From Mytilus californianus (Eukaryota): DNA of 64,000 nucleotides. The stretch spans positions 104,656,001-104,720,000 of the forward strand of contig NW_026262668.1 of the NCBI RefSeq assembly GCF_021869535.1. The letters run 5' to 3'. Positions within the stretch are counted from its first letter, which is position 1; the number at the start of each line of letters is the position of its first letter. The notes below the pieces were generated by a model. That model had not been told where the DNA came from. It did not search any database and saw only the letters and a program-made list of their open reading frames with translations. The position numbers were made by a program, and so were the translations under genes. This document shows, in pieces, positions 1 to 12,029 of the stretch.

Positions 1-1580
1 AGCTGTTAATTTTCTCCTTGATAATATTTATGTATGTTTCGGCAATAAAGTTTATTGACAGGTTGTAGGTATTCCTATAGGCACCAATTGCACCCCTTTA
101 ATAGCAGACTTGTTCTTGTACCGCTATGAATCACAGTTTATGACCAAACTCAAAAAAGAAACGTCTAAATTGCATTTAATTGATAAATTCAACAACACTT
201 ACCGTTATCTTGATGATATTTTTTCGTTTAATAAGCAAGAACTTTCAAAATACACTGCCGAAATTTACTCTAAATAAATCAAATATAAATGGTAATAACT
301 GTTCTTTCCTAGATTGAGATAGTTCAGTTTCACACGGGAAATTCTACACAAAAATTTACGACAAAAGGGACGATTTTTGTTCCCTATTATAAATTTTCCT
401 TTTTTAGACTGTGATGTTCCTTTGGCACCATCTTACGGTGTTTATATATCACAACTCGTTCGCTATGCCCGTTTCTGTTGTGATGTTTTGGATTTCAATA
501 AACGTAATCTATGTATTACTGGTAAATTATTAAGTCAGGGAATTTCGTTACCACAAATTACTTAAAACCTTTACTAAATTCTTCCATAGATATAAAGTTG
601 TGGTTTTGAAGTTTGGTTGTACCTGTAGAAAACTTATTTCAAACGGGATAGCACATCCTAATTTTTACGACGATATTGTTTACCAAGCCAGGAAAATTTA
701 GAAATGATCCGGGCAAACTTATCGATCCTTTAAATAAACTTATTCTAAAAGGTTACCAATTCAACACTGTAATTAGATCTTTGAATATTGTTTTTATTGG
801 TATTAATATTGATTTTGTTATCAGTTAATTAAAATCGAACTAAATATTATCTTTATATACATATGCATATTCATGGCACTACAATCTGTCGATACCTGTA
901 TCTTGGCATTGCACAAGGTCATATTTTTCTCTGACTGTTTATGATGTCTTTATACTAAATCCATTGGACGTTGGATGTGTACTGGTTGATATTTTAGTCT
1001 TAGATGCATGATTTTTTTTATATTATTTTATTAGTTGTTATTGGCTTTGAACTAGCTTTCAGTATCTGAGAGTACTCTCAGATCTGTACTTAGTGTCTTT
1101 TTGTTGTGGGGATGTATAAGTACCCTGCCACATCCACTCTGTTTTTTTTTTGTTACTTGTTTTTGCTTTGTATCTTTTTGATGAGTTAAGCCCTTTTCAA
1201 CTGATGTTTATAGTTTGTTCATATGTTGTACTGTTACTCCACTGTCCAAGGTTAGGGGGAGGGTTGGGCGCCCGCTAACATGTTTAACCCCGCCGCATTC
1301 TATATGTGCCTGTCCCAAGTCAGGAGCCTGTAGTTGCCGTTTGTTGCTGTATATCATATTTGTTTTTCGTTCATTATTTTGTACATAAATCAGGCCGATA
1401 GTTTTCTCTTTGGATAGTTTTACATTTGTCATTTCGGGGCCTTTTATAGCTGACTATGCGGTATGTGCTTTGCTCATTGTTGAAGGCTGTACGTTGACCT
1501 ATAGTTGTTAATTTCTGTGTCATTTGGTCTCTTGTGGAGAGTTGTTTTATTGGCAATCATACCACATCTTCTTATTTTTA
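1..1580 (+). mobile_element. Decayed Penelope-like retroelement (likely Naiad clade): C-terminal RT plus 3' untranslated region; 5' part lies outside the window
   Basis: Frame 2 reads QVVGIPIGTNCTPLIADLFLY..RYLDD (203-217). ORF 377-565 gives FPIINFPFL..YGVYISQLVRYAR. The RT frame ends near 830 with no C-terminal GIY-YIG, which fits the N-terminal-endonuclease Naiad layout. Stops and frameshifts are present. Confidence 0.85.
929..1003 (+). promoter_or_regulatory. SECIS-like (type II) hairpin in the retroelement 3' UTR
   Basis: ATGA 941-944, 10-bp helix II with two mismatches, unpaired AAA 957-959, apical TCCA/TGGA stem, TGAT 987-990, lower helix GACT(933-936)/AGTC(996-999). Paired by eye only. 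Confidence 0.55.
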
Positions 1581-1594
1581 TATTTTAAAGTATC

Positions 1595-1919
1595 TCACAA
1601 AGCACCCGCTTTCATAACAATGGTTGTAAAGAAATAGACTGGAGTAAAAGTAAAACTTGTTAAAACTTATAAACTGCAGTTATTTTTTTATCCCGAAACA
1701 AATATTTTCGTAAAAATAATTTAAAATTTACAAAAGTGCCCGATTCCGCAACGTTTACGGATAGTCATGACGTCCCGTAAATATTCTCAGGTATTACCGG
1801 ACATATTCCGCAACGTTTACGGATGCGAAATTTCCGCAGCTTTTGTGAATACAAAATTTTCAATTCCGCAACCATTCCGCAACGTTTACGGGTGCGGTAA
1901 CTTTACGGATGCTTTGTGA
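1595..1919. mobile_element. MITE with 14-bp imperfect TIRs and internal repeats
   Basis: TCACAAAGCACCCG (1595-1608) vs CGGATGCTTTGTGA (1906-1919), one mismatch. TTCCGCAACGTTTACGG occurs three times inside. Confidence 0.6.
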
Positions 1920-2472
1920 ATAAGTTTTCCTCTGTTAGTTATTATGACATAAAACACATAACCATCAGAGGCAATTTTTAATTCTGATGGGTTAATGTGG
2001 GAGCTAATACAGCAACATTCGCATTGGTGGCACATAGTTCCATTTGAAGCCATTTGAAATCACTCTATTTCTTGTATGAAATAATTTGGCCAATTTTTGG
2101 TCATTATTTTTCATCAAAATAGTACAATTTTTATGGAAAGGAACAATTAAACAACCACAGGGTATATATATACGAAAACGTTGGACAAAGCGCCGCGAAT
2201 GCAGCCTTAGATGGGCGGATATACTGACGGCATGGTATATATATATATATATCCAGTCTGCTAAGTAAAGTATGTTAAGTTTTGCAATACAAATGCTGTT
2301 TTCTGTTATTATTTATAAATGGGACGTCGCAGAAGGTTATAGTTTTTTTTCACATTTGCAAAAATGTTTAAAAACGTCAATGTCTTAAACTGACTTTACA
2401 AACAAAAAGATAGGAATTACAATGTATAACCATTACATCCTAAAGTTTAAATTCTTGTTATTTCACTTTCAG

Positions 2473-2629
2473 TTTTGCTGACCACTATGTGACCTTTGTT
2501 TTACATAAGGAGGCAATCATATACTTCCACCAGAGGAAGACAGGGTGTCCATATGAGTTAGCAAACCAAAAATGTATGGATGCAGAAGTGGATATGTATA
2601 TTGAATGGAAAAAGAAGCATAGAAAATAA
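2473..2629 (+). CDS. Possible terminal coding exon of an unidentified gene
   Basis: TTTCACTTTCAG acceptor followed by 51 open codons FADHYVTFVLHKEAIIYFHQRKTGCPYELANQKCMDAEVDMYIEWKKKHRK and TAA. No recognised homology. Confidence 0.3.
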
Positions 2630-4199
2630 CTATGAGCATTCAAATTGAATATATTACATTTTATTTTTGTTTGTTTGTATATAGTAATTATGATGGTCTT
2701 ATAACATCAATATTCAACGTTTTATGATGATATTTTTATTTTCTTATTGTTTTAAAAGCTGTAGCTTATTAGTAAAAAAAGAAATTGTAAAACAAGATAA
2801 CAACAATATTAATGAAAAGAAAAAACAAGACAACAAATGCAGAGAATTTATATGAAGTAGTGGATATAGAAAGGAAAATCAACAAGCGCCTTTAATCGCA
2901 AGTTGATTATCGTTTCTGAATTGACTAGAACACCGTTTTAAATTTGGAACATAAATCAATAGAAGTATCTAAAAAGAATTTCAATTTTATTTTTTTATTC
3001 TTGAATGTGTGGGAATTAATACGGTTCACATCTATATTTAGGCATATGAAAATTAAAGAAAGTTTAATATTGTAGTTTAATATTTTTTATTATTGTTACT
3101 ATTGTAGGGTACATGTATATACGGTCAAAGCTGCTAGATATATACTATTACTAGAGACTCTGTTATATTACCAAGAAAACGCAATTATTGGCTATAATAA
3201 AAACAAAAATATTATTTTAAAACAGAAGAATTAATTATGCTTTAGTTAATGGGTGTATATAAGAATATGTATTTTTTTCGATATCTTACCAACGCGGTGA
3301 CGATAGGCAACATAAGTGTATGTTCAGATAGAACGATACATGTTGAGATACATGTTGAATAAACGGGAGATCGAATCTTACGCCGGAATATAAGTATTAG
3401 ATTGTTGCTTACCCCATACATATTATTTTAATCACAGGAAATAAAATATGTATTTTGTGTCACTTTTAGTGGTAAAAAAAATAGGGTCACGACAGTAGCT
3501 GTCATTTTAGACTTTATTGTAAAACAGCAACACCCCATAGTAACGTACTGTATTTGCTGAGGTAAAATGGTTTTGACCCGGTCGTCCGTCACTACGTTGA
3601 TGTCGCCTTGATAGCACCTTCATTTTTTGTCGCATCCTCTTCAAATCTGGATGAAGGTTTCCAATCATCATAACCATAGATGAGTTAGACACTCAGAAAC
3701 ATTTGAAATGGGCACTATTTTGAGCGGAAAAGGCTTTCAAAGTCAACCAATACTATGTTTTATCGCCACACTACCTCCTCTATTTTTGTAGGATTCTCTT
3801 TAAATTTGATTGAATGTTTCTGGATGAATTTGATAAGAAAAATCCGAAAAGTGAGACAATTTTTCCGATATATCATGCAATATATCATGTGTTTATGTGT
3901 GAACAGCGTTGAGAATTTTATCCGTTTTCTCTTTTTTTTTCTTTTTCTTTTTTAGAATATTTAACATGCAATAATATTTTATTTTGGTATTGCGATACGA
4001 TTAATAGTACTACTTTATTTCATATGGTTAAATTGTGATTATTATCCCAAGTTTGGTTTTCGAAAGGTCCATTTCCAACAGTTCACAGAGAATGTGTGTA
4101 AAATGAAATAATTAACACAAAGAACGACAACATTAAAGTAAAAAAAAACCAGCCATAATATATATACTGTATATAAATGAACAATGTTAATTGATTGAG

Positions 4200-4592
4200 T
4201 TAATGTATTGCCAAGTTAATGATTACTTTTATCATATGTTTTGTTTTGTTTAAGTATATTGCAGTATTCATGTATACTCAAACTTGTCAAGAGTATTAAG
4301 CACATGACAATGTCATGTGGGTATCCAATTTGATATTTTGATATTGTAATTTGTTGGTTTTTATTAGCCTAAATGAAATGTACTAGAATTTTCTTGTGTA
4401 TGTGTATTGACAAGTTTATGATTATTTTATCATATGTTTTGTGTTCTTTAGGAATATTTTAGTATTCATATATGCACACATTTTTAACTTAAACTTGGCA
4501 AGAGTATTCAGCACATGACACTGTCATGTGGGCATCAAATTTTATATTGTAGTTTGGTTTTTATTAGCCAAAATGAAATATACTAGACCTTT
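4200..4592. repeat. Diverged tandem duplication, 2 x ~195 bp
   Basis: Both copies share the ..TTATCATATGTTTTG..GAGTATT..GCACATGACA.TGTCATGTGGG..TTATTAGCC.AAATGAAAT.TACTAGA blocks. Confidence 0.7.
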
Positions 4593-6759
4593 TTATGAGA
4601 ATATGTTGTCTATGGGCGTGGTAATTGTAGTGTAGTACAAGTGACATAAACTTCAACGTGTTGAAGGCGGTCACTACAAAGTAGAAGTAGAAGAAATATA
4701 CTGAACATATTGACACATTGTGTTTGTTGCATACATATTCTATTTTACATATTTTATGAATTATGATGTTTTGATGTCAATCCTGCATTTGGATTTTATA
4801 TTTAGTTTAATTGCTTTGCAATGTTTTTTTTTGTAAATTTTGTTGGTCTTTTCGTCGTTTTTTTTTTTTGTCGATGTCTCTTTAACTAACAAATTTTGAT
4901 TGTCCCTTTGGTATCTTTCGTCTCTTTTTTTAACCGATACAGTATTTGATCTTATTTAAATTGACACGAAATGCCAATAAAAGCGCAGTAAAAGTATAAC
5001 TTTTCTTAACACGGTTATGTTAGCAGTCATGGTCGAGTGGTCTCATTCCCGGACTTTAGACTATGATATTTTTTTTTAAGGAAATGCGCTTTGGAGAAGG
5101 TATATATGATAAAGCCTTGGATTCAAAAATCAAAAAAAGTATTATAAATCTATCATATATAACATCATTCAGATGTTCATAAGACAGAATTACTCCGTGA
5201 GACATCAGTATTTATATTTTGAATGTTGTCTTACATATTTGCATTAGGGCTTCAAACTTCTTACAATTAGCTCAAAATTACAAAACTGCCAAAGTGGCGT
5301 CACAGTTTTGAGAATTGTCATTAATATTAAGAAAGGAGTAAAGGCTTTATCCAAAAAGATATTTTGCTAAAAGAGGTATTTAATAAAGGTGTTAATGTGT
5401 AAAAAAATATCTAATCCTTATCTATTTTGTCCAAAAACTATGTTTAAAGTGGCTACCTTATATCAACATTGTCGATTTTGTCAACTTTATGACATCACAA
5501 GCAATCGTTTTGCGCTAATGTGTCAGGACTATATAATTACTTGCTCATATATCAATGAAATCAGCAAAATTATTTATTTTCGGAGAATAAGGGGGCCAAA
5601 CAATCACCTGCTCTTATCACAACTGTCCTGTTAATTTAATTTATTTTTCCAAATCGCCATACATGTGCTATTCGATTCTGAGAGGTACAAACGTAAGTTA
5701 TATATATACAGTAAAATTGGTAACGTTAATGTTATAATAAGTTTTATGTTCTCAACTTAGGCTAACTTCAGTCGACAGGGGATTCTCGAAAAATTAATGA
5801 CTCTAAAGTAAGAACAATAAGCATCTGCAAGAGAAAATCTGGAATCAAAATTTTGCAAGTGTTACCAATAATTCAACATAAATTTAATTACATTGTATAT
5901 TATAATATAAGAAATCTCCAAAGTTAAGTACATGAGCAACTAAAAATAACTTAGTACTAAATAATATTTTAAGTGATTTCGGTCACACTTTGAAATCGAA
6001 TTGGTATTTAAAAAAAAAACCACGGTAGACTTTTAAGGGTGGTAGGATAGGAGAGCCAACAGAAACATTTACATAAAAAAGAGCGCAGTACTCAACAAAA
6101 GAGCCATAAAAGAGGGGATCCTGCCGCTTTGCCTTCTGGATCAGCATTTGCAGTTTATGTTCAAAGGTGTGAATTTATATAATTTTGAGGTTGATTTTAA
6201 TTATTTATGGAATCAATATTTTTTTATCCATTACAGCTTTACATGTAATGTTTCATTGCCATTAATTATACTATGTGATTTTGCATATCTGTTGTTCTCA
6301 TTTTATTGTTTTGTTGCTGGGCAAAAATAAGAGTAAACAAACAGGTCCATATGTTGCCCTCTAGATGTCTTTTGGTTATTTTTAATCGTCGGGTTGCTGT
6401 TGCATTAACTCGCATTCCCCACATCTAGATAATGATATCCAAAGTTATATTTGGCAGTTAACAGAATCCATGGTTGACATCTAAACAATAAGCAGATATT
6501 TTTGTATAAAAAAAGATGTGTTCACCATACTTGCTCTTATTGCATTTGTAGTTTGCATGGTGTAAAAGTGTCACTGTATAAAACATGTATTTCTTTATTT
6601 CAATAGATACTTGACAGATAATAAAGGCATATTTATAAATGTGCTAAAAACATGGTTTTTAAATACTTTTATTTTCTGTATATTGATACCAATAATAGAC
6701 ACGTGAGGAAAATGATGATGGGTGACTTTATAACGTTCAGCGTTAAATTAAATTAAAAA

Positions 6760-7000
6760 ATGAGGACATCTGGTATGATTGCTAATGAGAAAACTATCCA
6801 CCAGGGACCAAATGACGTTGATGGAATCAACTATAGTTCACTGCACGCCCTTCAACAATGATCAAATCCCATACCGAATAACAAGCTATAAGAGACATGG
6901 CACAATGTAAAACAATGCAAACAAGAAAAACAACGGTCTGATTTATGATAAATCAATAAACAAAAAAAAAACATGACAGACAGCAACAAACGACAATGAA
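6760..7000 (-). mobile_element. Fragment of the abundant repeat matching the 3' end of the element at 1-1580
   Basis: Reverse complement resembles 1370-1575 (TTGTTGAAGG..TATAGTTG..CATTTGGTC..TAGCAATCATACCAGATGTCC). Confidence 0.6.
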
Positions 7001-7239
7001 CCACTGGATTGTTACTCCTACGTCGTTCGGGTCAAGTAGGGTTACCCGAGCCGTGCAGATTAAATGACATATACCGACTTGCTTGGTCAATAACTATAAC
7101 GTAACCGACAAAAATATAGGAAATATATGTAGGAAAATATATATATAAAAAGGATGGCGTATAATAAATATCAAATTGTAAAAATAATTGAATAAAGCGA
7201 ATCTTATTGAAAACAATGAAATTTGGTTATGAAAAAAAA

Positions 7240-7525
7240 GAAATCAATCAGAAAATATTTCCTGGAAAGATGTGTAGGAGGACTTAACAGCAAGAATTTT
7301 TGGTTAACATTCAAGCCATTCTCGACTAATAAAGGGTCACATTTTTCACACTTTTCTGTCAGTGTTTCGAAAATGATACATATGACAATCACCTTTATAA
7401 AAAATAGTAGAAGACTGGAAAAAAGGCTTTATATCAACATATTAAATATGTAGTGGCAATATTAATAGATTTGTCCAAGGCTTTCGATTGCCTACCCAAT
7501 AACCTTCTCTTGCTAAAAATAATTT
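7240..7525 (+). mobile_element. Non-LTR (CR1/L2-like) RT fragment, pseudogenised
   Basis: Reads FLSVFRK..VEDWKK..KYVVAILIDLSKAFDCLPNNLLLLK, with DLSKAFD at 7468-7488. Frameshifted. Confidence 0.8.
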
Positions 7526-7794
7526 GTTTGTCTCCCCCTCATCTCTTAATCTTTAGTAAAGTTATTTAAAAAAAGAGAGGCGAAAGTTACCAAAGGGACA
7601 TTCGAACTCATAAGTCGAAAATAGACTGACAACGCCATGATAAAAAAAGAAGACAAAGACCAAAATACAAAATACAAACAGTATACAAAACACAGCTTTA
7701 TTTTTTAACTATATAATAGAAAAAAGTGTGTTGAAGTATGTTCTCATTCCCGTTATTGTGAATCAATGTTTAAAGGGTTGCCACAAGGATCTAG

Positions 7795-7950
7795 AAATGG
7801 ACATTTTATTCGGAATCCGAGCCGACCAGTATTTGCTCCTTCTCCTAAATGTCGCGAACCAGTAGGCGGATCAGCGGTAATAAAAATTTTAAAGTATTTG
7901 TTTGGACCCGACTTGGGATCGAACCCATGACCTCCCGCACTCGATGAGAT
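7795..7950 (-). mobile_element. tRNA-derived SINE fragment
   Basis: Minus strand has a B box GGGTTCGATCCC followed by a SINE-type body (GGTCCAAAC..ACTGGTCGGCTCGGATTCCG). No complete cloverleaf. Confidence 0.6.
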
Positions 7951-9263
7951 AAAAATGGTCTGCCTTGAAAAGGCCAATATTAAAGACACATACGGATATA
8001 ATAAAATGTTGGCACATTTCTAAGGAATAGTTTGATATACGTTCTTCTTCTAAACTTCAAAGTTGTTGACACAGGTTGGTGTTTGATCAAAGCATTATTA
8101 AGTACGATACTCTTCATACTAAACGTGTTCGTACGATCAACGCTTTTCAAAGTTAAAAGTAAAATTTATGCCTCATTGGAAGACAGTGTTAAAAGAAGTA
8201 CGAGGAAATTAGAGGATTAATATACGATACAGCAAAGAAAAAGTTGATAACCATTCTTTACATCTTTCTTCCATTGTCTAAATGGGGTCTTCCGTGCAGA
8301 TTACATCAGAATGTATTTATTTTTTAAAAGCAGAAAATGCAAGTAACTATATGTCTGTTTCTTTGTTGTCTCAGGCTGCGTTTTGCTGCAACTTCCGACG
8401 TAGAGGACTCAAAAAGTTACAACGACTCACCTTTGACGTCAGAAGAGTGAAAATAAAGGATTTACTTCTGATCTGAATTTTCTCATATTTTTGTTTATTA
8501 TCGAGGTCCCCCTCCTCATCCAACAAAATTGCAATTACTGTATGTTCATGCAATGTGAAAAAATGCGAAGATATTTCCCTTTTTAAATCCTGGGTCCGCA
8601 ACTGTATCTAACGTTAAACAATTAGATACCACGAATTTTACAATTGGCACATTGTTACACATATTATATTGAGGGGTGGGGTGAGTTGGGAGATGTTGTC
8701 ATCCTAGCAAAAATAAACAGTGAATCCCGAATTAACGAAAATGAAAGCATCCATTCCCGAGTCCCGATAAGTGTAAATCCCGAATTCCAGAAAAAATAAA
8801 GGCCAAATCCCGATGTATTCTTCAGCTGAAAAAATCTTTACGTTAACCTCATTAAAGTGACCACATTATTTCAATAACAGAATTAATTTGAATTTAGTAT
8901 AAAAAGATTTTTGACATTCAGTAATTAAATTTTGGATCTTTTTTTACATGTAAATGAAATTGAAAGGATGATAAAATAATGAAAATCACATATGTTAAGC
9001 CAGGTCACAGTAACAGTTAAAGGGAGATAACACTTTTTAATTCAAATTAACACCAACCGATTTTTATTTACTATTATTGATTGTTTTTGTAATATAATTC
9101 GTTGTTAATAAGTCATCAGGAGTGAGATACTGACTTGACCAATGATTATTATATATATATACACTTCCTCGATCAAACTAATGATACATTTATACCGTTT
9201 CCAAAATTTTGGTTCTTAGTAGCCTTATATATATGGTATTAAGACATGTATTGGTTCCAGAAT

Positions 9264-9498
9264 CACTTCCGGGTCTCAAATAACTTGGTTCTGAATTAAC
9301 ACACGCTGACGTCTACTTATCCATAAGACAGCTGTGGCGTTCCACACATGCGCATTAACACTGATTTTATAATTCTTGTCAACCCGAGTTGGACGAATCG
9401 AAGTAGGCCCTCGGAAAGATCCAGTCTGGTACCCGTGCGGTATTTTACTGTCTTAGTTTGCGAACCAAGTCAAGCATTTCCACTAGATGGCAGTGATA
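9264..9498. promoter_or_regulatory. Motif cluster: ETS, CRE-like, NRF1-like and CTCF-like sites
   Basis: CACTTCCGG 9264-9272, TGACGTC 9307-9313, ACATGCGCA 9346-9354, CCACTAGATGGCAG 9480-9493. Motif matches only. Confidence 0.3.
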
Positions 9499-10633
9499 TT
9501 TATAAATAGAATGGTTCATCTGGTTAACAAAAAGGCCAGTCAAATACAATAACCGATAATAAACCGTAACGGACTTTTTACAACCACTTTATATGGGTCA
9601 TTTAAAAGAAAAAAGTAGAATTTTCAGTACACCTATGCTAATTTTTTTATTTTTAAAGGAAAATGCCGTTGTAAGTGTTCAAATGAAAGTTTGTAGGATT
9701 TTGATTCGGGACATCAATAATAAACACGAATAAGATATATTTTGATAAGATTAAAATATATTTAAGTCAGATTTTTGAGTGATTTATATTTTTGTGCGTA
9801 CAGTGTCAGGGTAACACATTTCAAATTATTTTTTCTATTTTCTGATTGCCTTGAGATCTGCAAAAGAAACTATTTTAGAAGGTTAATAATAACTCTAACG
9901 AAAAATCACAGCTCCGAACTTTATTATTCTATGTAACATTTTTCTACAAACTAAATTCAACCGGCATACATGAAATGCATGTCTTTCCTGTTACCGCTAC
10001 TAAAACAACCGTTTAATTTTTTTTTCTCCCTATGAATATTTAGGTTTAGGGTATACTATGGTCGAGATGCAGAAGCACATAGTGGGTGCAGCCAGCAATA
10101 ATTTAGTCAGTCTGTTTGACATACCGGCTAACCCAAATCCTATGCAGCAAGATTCATCAAGGTCTAAGGTATTTGTGCCCGGGTGCGTTGCATAGTGGAG
10201 ACGATGTCTACCTCTGTTAGAAATTACGTCGTTATTTGTCTTGTTTGAATTGTTTCACATTTTTCATGTCGGGACTATTTAACTGAGCTGATTATACGAA
10301 TAACGATACGGGATTTTCTCATTATTGAAGGCCGTACGGTGACCTATAACTTATGACCGGATAACCCCCGCCCCATGTTTTTCCCAAAAAACAAAAACAA
10401 AACAAATAAAAAACAATAATGCCAGAAACATGAAGCTCTAAGATATATTAAGGATGGTGCATAGTAAAGAATAATACATCGATATAATTCAATTTATTTG
10501 TTTGATATCATTTTGTCGATAATACAAAATCATTGTTTCAGGATAAGCGCAATTCTGACTTAGTAGACACATCCCTCCAACTATCTCTGAATTCCGAGAT
10601 AAGCGCAATTCCGGAATAGCAGTGGGCTCCTCT

Positions 10634-11230
10634 GTCCAACTGTTTTCTAAAGACTGCGTGATATACAAGAACATACAAACCACAAACGACGCTAATTAAG
10701 GCATTACAAGACGATTTGAATACATAAGAAAAGTGGAAAAAAGTACGACTTTCCATGATGGCCTGAAAAATCTACTATTCTCCACATAGCGTACACTTTG
10801 AAAGGTATACAATCGATACCGAATATTGACTTCACGGCCACACATTAGAGATAGGTCCGGTTGACAAACAAATAAGCCAGGATTTATCATATCATAGCGA
10901 GATCGCATCGCTCAGACAACAAACAAGGCTTCCAGTGCAGTGGATTTCTTGAGACGTAACCTCAGGAACTGTCCAACAAGAAGTAAAATTACAGTTATAT
11001 ACCACCTTAGTCCGGTCATTATCAGAATACACCTCAGTACGTCACTTTTATGCTTCATCAATTACTCTGAAATCAATGAGGACGTACACCGATGAGCGAG
11101 AAATAGAATCATGATGTCCTATTAGATCACAAACAGCCTTCCAGAACACATTCTAGAACACATCACCATCCAGTGTGACTCGGTTTCCAAGTCTTACGAT
11201 TAGGCAAATCAGCACCAGAGTTGTCGGATA
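10634..11230 (+). mobile_element. Non-LTR retrotransposon RT 3' fragment (CR1/L2-type), heavily decayed
   Basis: VQLFSKDCVIY (decayed RLFADDC), QDDLNT*EKW, LHGHTLE, NKASSAVDFLRRNLRNCP (FLRRNL 10946-10963), YTTLVRSLSEY. Confidence 0.8.
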
Positions 11231-12029
11231 TAAAAAAAATACTGATTCAGAAGAAGAAGAATGATTTAATAGCAGATAGAAAGTTATAGCATAAACAATA
11301 AGATTTGAACTTCAGAATGGTATTATATGGTTAATATTCTGAGAAGGTTTCAATAAATTCTAATAAGGGGTAACTAGGAGTTCATGGTTGAATAATAGGT
11401 ACACTCCCCTGAAACAGCAATGGCAAAGTCCGGATCAGAAACAAAATAGGGGGTGCAAAATGGTATTGCATGATGAATATTCTGAGAAATTTTCATTAAA
11501 TTCTGAGCAGGAGTTTAGAAGAAGCGGATACAAATGTATACTGTAGTATACATAGTGACAACGTTCATGTCATGCCAAAAGTTAACCCCCCAAAATAATC
11601 GAGAGAAGAAATGAAATACGAGGTGAAAAAGAGTATCATGTAAGTAAAATTCTGTGAAGATATCGCACAAATATAACAAACGGTTGAGTAGCAGTTGTGG
11701 ATATAAAGTGGGTCGAACGGACGAACGGACGGACGGACTACGCCACTGCTACAAACAGCGATTCAGAAAGTGGGATATGAATGTGACTTCTGTATTTTTA
11801 TGGTCAAGTCAATCATGAAATATTGTATACCATCGTTGTATTTACCGCAGAACTTTAAAAACATAACCAAAATTTAATTTGTTTTACGTTTGTCTAGATA
11901 TACAGATATGTTACACGAATTTATCTGTATTTTCCGTGTATTGATTGTGCTAGCGTGCCCAGAAATTTTAAAACGGGGAGATTTTGTGTTGTTCCTTCGA
12001 CTTTTACGTGGTTAAAAAAAATCAGGCCG

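Noticed and set aside
56-58. In-frame TGA in the Naiad RT as a selenocysteine codon
   Set aside because: The position (Y*Q before GIP) is more simply a CGA-to-TGA CpG decay of Arg, and the copy has other lesions. It needs the family consensus to judge.
1170-1210. Hammerhead ribozyme around TGATGAG in the Penelope-like 3' region
   Set aside because: No matching GAAAC core or stem II was found. Naiads are reported to lack canonical hammerheads.
2161-2200. GIY motif as a GIY-YIG endonuclease
   Set aside because: There is no YIG half-motif or downstream catalytic spacing.
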